A DNA stretch of 64,000 nucleotides. It comes from Terriglobales bacterium. GTDB lineage: Bacteria > Acidobacteriota > Terriglobia > Terriglobales > Acidobacteriaceae. Positions 56,960-64,000 of this stretch are shown one piece after another. The notes beneath the pieces were generated by a model, which saw only the letters and a program-made list of their open reading frames with translations, was not told the origin of the DNA and searched no databases. Each line of letters begins with the position of its first letter. Within the stretch, counting starts at the first letter, position 1. The stretch covers positions 32,233-96,232 of the forward strand of contig DASPSE010000411.1 of NCBI GenBank assembly GCA_035624085.1. Reading direction: 5' to 3'. A program made the position numbers and the translations under genes.

Positions 56960-58093
56960 TCATTGGATGACCAGCAGCTTATCCGTATTCGCATAATCGG
57001 ATAAAAGCTCGCATCCGCTCTTGGTGACGAGGATCATATCCTTGTTCTGCATGCCGAAACCGTAGCCTGTTTGATAACACAATGGTTCGACGCCAAGAAC
57101 CATTCCGGGTTCGAGCTCGGCATCAGTGGTCTTCCCAAGGATCGGGGTCTTCCCGAGATAGGGGTTCTCGTGCAAGTGCAACCCAATTCCGTGGCCAACA
57201 AAGGAGATGGGGGGCAAGTTCATCTCTTCAAGTTTCTTAATAAACGCCCTGTAAATAGCACGACAACTCGCTCCTGGCTTGATCATCTCCATGATTTGGT
57301 ACTTGCACTCGACCAAATGCCGCCAAATTCCTTCGGCATTGGGCGGGGCATCTCGCACCACCGCCGTTCGGCATACCCCGGCATGATAACCGTTCATCAC
57401 GGAGAATATCTCGATGCGGCAGACATCCTGGGGCTGAAGGCGCCGCTCTGTGGGCCCAACATTCGGGAGTTGGCTGCGTTCACCGGTTGCGACAATCATC
57501 AGTTTGAAGTGCTCCGCTCCCAGCGCATAGATGTTGCGGGTGAGAGCAGCGGCAATGTCCATCTCGGAGCTTCCGGCCCTGACTGTGCCAATTGCGTCTG
57601 TAATTGACTGATCCGCAATTCGCGAGAGATGCCGCAGGAGGCTGATTTCATCCTGAGTCTTGATCTGGCGGAGCCGGGAGAGAAGATCTTCGGCGGGCAC
57701 AAATGTTGTCCCCGGCAGACAAGCTTGCAGAGAAACCATGTCTCTCGCCGGCAGATAATCCGTTTCAATGCCAATTTTGGCATGAGACAAGCCAAGTTCA
57801 GCGAGCAGGCTGGCAAGGACCTGCGTGCAGTTGTCAGAAAACTCTGACCAGATGCGCGTCTTCGTGTTTGGCTCACGTTTTTTCAGCGTGGTCGCCTCCA
57901 TATCCACGCCGAGGATCGCACAATCACCATTCCGGGTCACAATCGCCATCGCATGGCGGTGACGAATCAGAGGCTGCGAGGGAACGACAAATCCGGTTAC
58001 ATAAGCGAAGTTCTCAGGCGAGCAAGAAATGATTGCGTCCAAATTTTCCGGTTCCATGGCCGCAACTTGGCGGCTGGCGATCTCGCTCCGCAT
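56960..58093 (-). CDS. M24 family metallopeptidase (Xaa-Pro peptidase / creatinase type)
   Basis: 377 aa. Creatinase-like N-domain, then a pita-bread core: ..CRIEIFSVMNGYHAGVCRT.., VGHGIGLHLHE, GMVLGVEP. Confidence 0.85.
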   Translation of the reverse strand: MRSEIASRQVAAMEPENLDAIISCSPENFAYVTGFVVPSQPLIRHRHAMAIVTRNGDCAILGVDMEATTLKKREPNTKTRIWSEFSDNCTQVLASLLAELGLSHAKIGIETDYLPARDMVSLQACLPGTTFVPAEDLLSRLRQIKTQDEISLLRHLSRIADQSITDAIGTVRAGSSEMDIAAALTRNIYALGAEHFKLMIVATGERSQLPNVGPTERRLQPQDVCRIEIFSVMNGYHAGVCRTAVVRDAPPNAEGIWRHLVECKYQIMEMIKPGASCRAIYRAFIKKLEEMNLPPISFVGHGIGLHLHENPYLGKTPILGKTTDAELEPGMVLGVEPLCYQTGYGFGMQNKDMILVTKSGCELLSDYANTDKLLVIQ

Positions 58094-58427
58094 CTTTGAT
58101 TCCTTTGTGGACTAGGATCCGCTCTTTTAGAAGCGGAAGAAGTTTACTAGAAATGAATCCCGCCATTCTTAACTACCGTAGAAATGGAATTCAAATAGAA
58201 AGAACTGCCCTCTGCCGATAGACTTCTTGGCTTGAAAAGCAGGAGACAGTTATTATGCTCATCCAGCGGTCTGGATGCGAACTTTGATCCGACATCTGAA
58301 CACAGATCAAGTGTTCGTCACTAAACTACCATCTTCTTCACTTTGCAATACGTGTCTTCGGCGAGAGGCATTCAAGCCAACGTCGTCAGATGACGATTGA
58401 TCAGAACTGATTCACAATCGAACTCAG

Positions 58428-59783
58428 ATGGGAAGCACGGAGCAAGCCCCGCATTCGAAAACCGCAGCTGAAATCATCGAGGATCTCCCTTGGAGTTTCG
58501 GTGTGCAAGGAGTGATTTTCCTCGCTTGCGGCTTGGCCTACATGTTTGACGCCGGGAATGTGCTGCTGACAGGCTTCGTCATGTCAATGATTAAACCTCT
58601 CTGGAAACTGAGTGCGATCCAAGTGGGGACCTTTGGCATGGTTACTTTTCTCGGCATGGGGATTGGAGCAATGATAAGCGGTGCCCTGGCCGATACCTTT
58701 GGCCGTAAGCGCACCTATGTTGGCACCCTCCTCTGTTTTTCGTTGTTTTCGTTTGCCTGCGCTCTGGCGCCATCTTTCCCCTGGCTTTTGGCCGCCCGAT
58801 TCCTCGTCGGACTCGGACTCGGCGGTATTGTTCCAGTGGTCTACTCCTTGGTTGCCGAGTTTATGCCGGCACGGGTGCGCGGAAAAGCTCTCAACGTGAT
58901 CGATGTTTTCTGGGGAGTAGGAGGCATCTTCAACGGGTTTGTCGCGACCTTGCTAGCACCCTATGAGAATTGGCGCTTGCTTTTCTTGCCCACCGTACTT
59001 CCTTTAGTGCTCGCTTTATGGGCGATATTTTATCTTCCCGAATCCCCATCTTTCCTGGCCCAGAAAGGACGCTGGAAAGAGGCGTCTTCCATAATCAATC
59101 GACTGATTCAGAAAACGCACGCCGAGCTTGGCGATTGGACCTTAACCTTCGGAGAGCAGCCCCCTCCGCGAAATTATGGGGTTATTTCCCGTTTTACGAA
59201 GCTCCTTGAATTTGACTGGAAGCTCACGGTCCAGTTATGGATTGTCGTGATGTTAATCTTTGTGCACCGGAAAGGCGTAGAGGTCTGGCTCCCCTCCATA
59301 TTAGTTGCTGAAGGATATAGTCATCAAAAAGCGTTCCTGACGGCGGGTATTATGTATCCTGCCGGTTTGGCGGGCATTCTCGTATCCACCTGGCTCATCG
59401 ACGTTTGGGGTCGGAAGAGATTTATTATTGTGAGCTCGGTCCTTTCAGCCGTGCTGATCGTCGGATTCACAAAAGTGCTGGCGATGCCAGGCTGGGCTCA
59501 CCTCGCGATTGTGTTGTATGGCTTTGTAGGGGAGGCAGCGATCGCAACGCTTTATACATTCACTTCCGAGAGTTACCCCACCGACTTGCGTGCTACAGGA
59601 TTCGGATGTGCTTCGCTAGTCGGCCGCCTTACGATGGCATTCCTCGTTTCGCTCGTATTCGGCGGTATCTTGTGGCCCACAGTCGGACCTTCAAATGCTT
59701 TTATCGTCGTCGGGATTCTTCTCATTGCAAGCATGGTGATATTGAATCGCTTGCCTGAGACTCGCGGTAAGGCGCTGAACTGA
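58428..59783 (+). CDS. MFS transporter (metabolite:H+ symporter type)
   Basis: 451 aa with about 12 hydrophobic segments; GALADTFGRKRT loop motif; C-terminal LPETRGKAL. Confidence 0.85.
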   Translation: MGSTEQAPHSKTAAEIIEDLPWSFGVQGVIFLACGLAYMFDAGNVLLTGFVMSMIKPLWKLSAIQVGTFGMVTFLGMGIGAMISGALADTFGRKRTYVGTLLCFSLFSFACALAPSFPWLLAARFLVGLGLGGIVPVVYSLVAEFMPARVRGKALNVIDVFWGVGGIFNGFVATLLAPYENWRLLFLPTVLPLVLALWAIFYLPESPSFLAQKGRWKEASSIINRLIQKTHAELGDWTLTFGEQPPPRNYGVISRFTKLLEFDWKLTVQLWIVVMLIFVHRKGVEVWLPSILVAEGYSHQKAFLTAGIMYPAGLAGILVSTWLIDVWGRKRFIIVSSVLSAVLIVGFTKVLAMPGWAHLAIVLYGFVGEAAIATLYTFTSESYPTDLRATGFGCASLVGRLTMAFLVSLVFGGILWPTVGPSNAFIVVGILLIASMVILNRLPETRGKALN

Positions 59784-59905
59784 AATCTGGGAAATCAGGG
59801 CGGCAAAACGAGAATCGATCAACTCCGGCGCGTGACTGCAAATGCCTCCGCTCACGATCACAGCCGAAGCGGGGTTACCCGGGTAATTTTCGAAGGAGGT
59901 CCTTG

Positions 59906-60100
59906 ATGGCAGTAGTCATTGTCGAGATGTGGCAAGGGCGCACGCTTGAGCAAAAACGAAAATTGGTCGAAGCGATTGCTGCGGCCATGAAAGAGCACTG
60001 CGGTGCGGGTACGGAGCACCTGCATGTGATTATTCATGAGGTAGCGCGGGAAAATTGGGGGCGTAACGGTAAGTTGGCTGTGAATGACAAGAACAAATAA
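59906..60100 (+). CDS. 4-oxalocrotonate-tautomerase-family protein lacking the canonical N-terminal proline
   Basis: 64 aa. AAGGAGG RBS 6-7 nt before the ATG. MAVVIVEMWQGRTLEQKRKLVEAIAAAMKEHCGAGTEHLHVIIHEVARENWGRNGKL has the beta-alpha-beta 4-OT pattern (..GRT.EQK..L...I.....G......V.I.E....W..G) but begins Met-Ala rather than Met-Pro. Confidence 0.7.
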   Translation: MAVVIVEMWQGRTLEQKRKLVEAIAAAMKEHCGAGTEHLHVIIHEVARENWGRNGKLAVNDKNK

Positions 60101-60181
60101 CTATTCCAGGTCGTCAGTTGCGGGGTAGAGCACTTGCCCAAGCATGCGCTTTGGAATCAGAATCGGGCCGGTCAGTTCCAG

Positions 60182-61867
60182 CTACTGCGCTTTGCACACG
60201 AAGTTTGCTGCCACCCAATTGCGCGAATCATTTTGGCCGCCAGCCGGTCCCTGATACACGGCCTGCTGCGGATAAGGGCAGAGCTTACGTTCATCATCGA
60301 CCGGTGCATCAGTGGGCACGCCGTTTCTCTTATCGCTGCGATGCACGGCAACGACATAGTCGGGTGCCTTCCCGTTCTCCACCCATTCAGCCAGCGGCGC
60401 CAGCTTGTCCCACTCGTTCGGTCCCGGCCCTCCTCCGCAGTGCCCCATCCCCGGCGCCATGAACAGCCTTGTTTTGTTCGCTGCGGCGGCGGAATCGCCG
60501 TTGAAAGTGGCCTTTACCATTTCTTTGTAGTAGTCGATGATGGCCCCGGGATAGGCATCGCCGTCACCCCAGCCTTGATAGAAGATCAGCTTGCCGTTGT
60601 GCCTGTTTAAGAACCTTGTCAGATCCGGGTAAGTAGCATCTAGCAGCTTTGACTTGGAATCCCCCTTTCCAGCGGTGACATCGTCGATGTTGAACTCCCA
60701 CCAGGCATATTCTGGGAAAGGTGCCTTCTTATCCGGAGGGAAGGAGAGGTCTTTTATATTCGTCGGAGCGACACCTGGAGAGTGCTCGAAAAACAAGAAA
60801 TTCACGTGATCTACCTCATAGATCAGATGTGAAGGGGTGAGGTTATTTCCCCCATACGGAATCACGTTTTCGGGCCACGAGAACTCCGATCCGTAAGCAA
60901 GCCCGTTAAAAATGCGAACGCCCTTGCTGTCGTGTGGTCCGGCATAAAGTTTCTTGATGGTTTGCACCTGCACCTTCGTGAAACATGTATCGGCGTTCTT
61001 GTCACCCGGACACATCTTATCCGCCAAGTCGGTATCGGGGTTGAAGTTGCAACTTTCGGGATCACTGACGATCCCGTCCTTGATTCCATCCCTGGCGTCG
61101 CATTTGTCGAGCACGGCTTTGCGCAGTATCTCCAGCTTGGTCAGGCTTTTATAGGTACCGTCGCCAGATACATCATAGGCGAGGTTGCCAGCAAAGTGGT
61201 CTTTCATCAGTAGCTGCAGGCTCCACAGGTCCTCAATGTTCAGTCTTTCATAACTAAAAACCGGGGCGGTAACAGCGATGCCGTCGAAGTCCTCGGGGAA
61301 ACGTTGTGCCTCCATCATGCCTTGGCGACCACCCTGCGAGCAGCCTTGCCAATAGGCGTACCGCTGAGGCTTGCCGTAGTACGCCTTAACCAGAGTCTTC
61401 GATGCGTTGGCCGTTACGTGGACAGCACGATAGGCAAAGTCGATCAGGGCTTGCTCGTTTGCGAAGGCGAACGAAGCATAAGGTTCTGAGCCATTGTCGT
61501 GGCCCGTGTTGCTATTCGCTACGGCATACCCTTGGGTTAAATGTTCGCTGTCGTAGACCAGGTTGCCTGCTTTTCCTCCGTTACCGATATTCAGCAGTTT
61601 CCCATTCCAGTTCGCCGGCAACGGCAGCTGCGCATGCCAGTGGATGCCGGGAGAGATCAGGCCGGTCACATGGCAATATCGCGGCGTTGTGCCGTTCGCT
61701 TCGGTGATCTCGGCGGAGAGAATGGTCAGATTCGGAAGACGCAGCAACGCATGGCAGGCAGCTTCCTCGCTCAGCGCGGTTGCTTGCCCTGCGCTATTAA
61801 GCGCAGTCGCTATCATCAGGACCAACAGCAGGAAGATCCTAAGCGGTAACCGCGCTGTAGCTGCCAT
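60182..61867 (-). CDS. Tannase / feruloyl-esterase family alpha/beta hydrolase, exported
   Basis: Signal peptide (..MIATALNSAGQ); YWQGCSQGGRQG (GCSxGG nucleophile motif of the tannase family); several conserved Cys; C-terminal ..CPYPQQAVY. Confidence 0.85.
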   Translation of the reverse strand: MAATARLPLRIFLLLVLMIATALNSAGQATALSEEAACHALLRLPNLTILSAEITEANGTTPRYCHVTGLISPGIHWHAQLPLPANWNGKLLNIGNGGKAGNLVYDSEHLTQGYAVANSNTGHDNGSEPYASFAFANEQALIDFAYRAVHVTANASKTLVKAYYGKPQRYAYWQGCSQGGRQGMMEAQRFPEDFDGIAVTAPVFSYERLNIEDLWSLQLLMKDHFAGNLAYDVSGDGTYKSLTKLEILRKAVLDKCDARDGIKDGIVSDPESCNFNPDTDLADKMCPGDKNADTCFTKVQVQTIKKLYAGPHDSKGVRIFNGLAYGSEFSWPENVIPYGGNNLTPSHLIYEVDHVNFLFFEHSPGVAPTNIKDLSFPPDKKAPFPEYAWWEFNIDDVTAGKGDSKSKLLDATYPDLTRFLNRHNGKLIFYQGWGDGDAYPGAIIDYYKEMVKATFNGDSAAAANKTRLFMAPGMGHCGGGPGPNEWDKLAPLAEWVENGKAPDYVVAVHRSDKRNGVPTDAPVDDERKLCPYPQQAVYQGPAGGQNDSRNWVAANFVCKAQ

Positions 61868-61960
61868 CACTAAATCCCCCAAGTCAGATATCGCCAAGCT
61901 GATGTCCATACTTCCGTCCAGAGCGAACACCTCCGCCAGGTTGGCCCGATTATCAGACGC

Positions 61961-62338
61961 CTACCCTGCTTGGGTCTGTTGAATGCCCAGCCAGTCTTTG
62001 GCTTCGTCCATGGTCCTAAACACCGCGATGCTCTTATCACCCCGTGCCATCTGATACATATGAACCGTCGCCGATGTAGCCGCTCTGGGCGCCACAAAAG
62101 CGCGTCTTGTTTCCCGCGAAAATGGATCAATGTCGCGGGCGAGCATCATGGCTGCTTGAAAGTCCAGGTCCGAACTGACGACTTGCGTCAAGTCGACGAG
62201 CTCGCGAAAAGTCGCTTCGAACGTGGCATCAGATTTCAACTTCGCAAGATACTCCCTCACATCCTGTACGGTCACATTGCTATCGAAGCGAACCGTCACA
62301 AGACGCTCGCTGGAATCGACCTTGAAGTGAGCTGCCAC
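61961..62338 (-). CDS. Hypothetical protein, 125 aa (possibly a STAS/SpoIIAA-like fold)
   Basis: Clean ORF with no internal stops and ordinary composition. The pattern ..VTVRFDSNVTVQDVREYL....ELVDLTQV.. resembles small alpha/beta STAS-like modules. No confident family recognition. Confidence 0.35.
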   Translation of the reverse strand: MAAHFKVDSSERLVTVRFDSNVTVQDVREYLAKLKSDATFEATFRELVDLTQVVSSDLDFQAAMMLARDIDPFSRETRRAFVAPRAATSATVHMYQMARGDKSIAVFRTMDEAKDWLGIQQTQAG

Positions 62339-62461
62339 TCGCGCTCGGTATCAACGAATTTTCTGCTCCAGTCCGTTTGGGTTTCAATTGCCGCTGCAAT
62401 TTTTGAGCCTCAGCCGGTTGCGGACGGGGAGCGTTCGCCACGGACAAGGTGATTTCCTACG

Positions 62462-64000
62462 CTATACGGCGTCCAGCAATTCGCGCTGGCACGCTAAGCG
62501 CTGCTCACGATCTTCTGCGAACCGCTGAATGCCGGCGAAAATCGACGCTTGATCCAAATGGGCTTCCACAATCACGTCCGGCTCTAGACCGCCGGTCAGC
62601 CACTGATTGTCCCAGTCGGAGGTAAGGGAATACTTGTCAGTGAGAGGGCCGACGTTGCGTAGGGGCCAAACACGGCGTGTACCGGTGCTGATCACCATCA
62701 GGTCAAAAAGAGCCTCGTGAGGCAGCACCATTCGGCGGTAGCTGTCCGGCTGCCTATCGAACAAATCTTCGCTTATGGCGGAAATGATCTTCACGTTGAT
62801 TCCGCGCTCGTCCAAGTGCGGCAGCTCTTTTACGACATTGACGGTCGTACTGGCGCCCTGAACGATAACGTAGCCCTGACGAGGCCGGTCCGGGGCAAAA
62901 TCGCGAATCACGTAAAGCCCCTTGGCGGCGGCTTTCAGATCGGGATCGGCAAAACGGCTGCGGTCGGCCACCGGGAAATCGGGCCGCGCCACCTCAAGAA
63001 TGATGATGCCCACCTTGGGGTCACGCGCAGCAATCTCCGCTGCGGCAAAGTATCCCGGCGCGACATCATTGTAGTCCCAGAAATTTAAGTTAATAGTTTG
63101 TCCCCGTGGGAAGAGCTTCCATACTTGTGGAGCGAAAATGCCGAAGTGGGTGCGGGCATCCGCCGCCGTTTCCGGTCCGGAATGTCCTGCCAAAATGTGT
63201 AGCACCCCCATGCGGAACTTGCTGTCCTGATTCTGTTGGCTCCAAACGCGGGCTGGCGTGTACATCAATGGCGTGAACGCGCCGTAGGTGCCACTCAAAG
63301 CCCACACTCCCGCAAATTTAGCGGGATCGACTGAGGCACTCTGGTTCACAAGCCCAATCGCGGTCGAGACGTTACCAGCTTCCTGAATGGCGGCCTTCAA
63401 CCGCGTGCCGAGCGGGTTTTTCTCGGGATCGTAGTGGCCCCACAAGCTGCCGTGCTCGACGTTGATCGACTCGGACAGATCGGCGGCGATGGTAAAGAAC
63501 CGGTTATCGGTCACATAGTTCATCCACTTGATGATTTCCGAAACGGCCCGCCTCGCCCCCGCAGCTTCCCCGGGTTTGCGAAAGAGCGTAATCCCGACTT
63601 CCTTCTGTTCCTCCGAAATTGGATTCGTTACCGAAAGCTTCTGCGGTTCGCGCGGCAAGTTTGCGACTCGCAAGCGATCATCGAGAAAGGGGTCGTTTCG
63701 GACATCGATGCGAACGGCAATCTCGTCCTTGACTGTATCGCCAATCTCAATCAACCGATCCGCGACCCAGTCGCCCAAACCGTTGCGATCGAGCACCGAC
63801 ATGATAATGTCAATGTTGGTTTTGAACTGGATCAGGCGTTCTCTGGGATCCGTCACGGGCCCCTGACGGATGCCGTTGAATTGGACATCATAGTGACGCT
63901 CAAAGGTCTCTGCGAGGGCGACAAAATAGTCCGAGTTCATCTTGAGCGAGTAAGGATGGCTGGCGTAGCCAACCAGCTGCTGGCCGTAATTGGCGATCTC
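62462..64000 (-). CDS. Transketolase-superfamily protein (Pyr and C-terminal domains visible), 5'-partial at the window edge
   Basis: The reading frame stays open through 64000 (EIANYGQQLVGYASHPYSLKMNSDY..). IAADLSESI.. corresponds to the transketolase ADLxxS motif. ..ILAGHSGPETAADARTHFG sits where GEDGPTHQ normally is. A C-terminal alpha/beta domain follows. Confidence 0.55.
   Translation of the reverse strand, partial: EIANYGQQLVGYASHPYSLKMNSDYFVALAETFERHYDVQFNGIRQGPVTDPRERLIQFKTNIDIIMSVLDRNGLGDWVADRLIEIGDTVKDEIAVRIDVRNDPFLDDRLRVANLPREPQKLSVTNPISEEQKEVGITLFRKPGEAAGARRAVSEIIKWMNYVTDNRFFTIAADLSESINVEHGSLWGHYDPEKNPLGTRLKAAIQEAGNVSTAIGLVNQSASVDPAKFAGVWALSGTYGAFTPLMYTPARVWSQQNQDSKFRMGVLHILAGHSGPETAADARTHFGIFAPQVWKLFPRGQTINLNFWDYNDVAPGYFAAAEIAARDPKVGIIILEVARPDFPVADRSRFADPDLKAAAKGLYVIRDFAPDRPRQGYVIVQGASTTVNVVKELPHLDERGINVKIISAISEDLFDRQPDSYRRMVLPHEALFDLMVISTGTRRVWPLRNVGPLTDKYSLTSDWDNQWLTGGLEPDVIVEAHLDQASIFAGIQRFAEDREQRLACQRELLDAV

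Noticed and set aside
1-64000. Looked for tRNA, rRNA, CRISPR arrays and other regularly spaced short repeats
   Set aside because: No cloverleaf-like conserved T-loop contexts in intergenic regions, no rRNA-like stretches, and no repeat-spacer periodicity were seen by eye. The absence cannot be proven without tRNAscan, Infernal or a CRISPR finder.

Overview
Chromosomal window from a moderately GC-rich Gram-negative bacterium. The three 1140-1334-aa TonB-dependent receptors (TBDRs) with N-terminal carboxypeptidase-regulatory-like domains and the very high density of exported peptidases suggest Acidobacteriota; this is inference, since no rRNA or tRNA is present to confirm it. I call about 45 intact protein genes, 9 decayed gene remnants, one truncated IS1595-type transposase, and no RNA genes or CRISPR arrays. 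Positions 0.2-43 kb form a TBDR and peptidase supercluster (families M20, M28, M14, M61, S41 x2, S12, an S58 remnant, D-aminoacylase, CapA-like) together with PLP enzymes (dpaL, metC, a long fold-type-II enzyme), a FadR-type GntR regulator and a sulfite-oxidase-family enzyme. Positions 43-64 kb hold dapB, pxpBCA and a probable catabolic island: split xanthine-dehydrogenase-family genes, a DpaA-like dehydrogenase, a DHDPS-like lyase, two opine dehydrogenases, VOC, LLM oxidoreductase, M24 peptidase, MFS transporter, a tautomerase lacking Pro1 and a tannase-family esterase. Main observations: (1) a fixed-geometry bipartite site (GTAYAC-N15-GTRTAC) fused to a sigma70-like promoter occurs seven times upstream of non-homologous transport and peptidase genes, which suggests a local regulon. 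(2) The gene content of the left part leans toward D-amino-acid, gamma-glutamyl and diamino-acid chemistry, so cell-wall or necromass peptide scavenging is a working hypothesis. (3) There is clear evidence of modular duplication and decay: a duplicated TBDR-promoter-Mo-enzyme unit, tandem S41 genes separated by a TBDR 3' remnant, and an intact orphan promoter in front of a dead TBDR next to a truncated IS. (4) The right-hand island looks like an uncharacterised N-heterocycle or imino-acid pathway. All function calls rest on motif and family recognition by eye; no searches were run.
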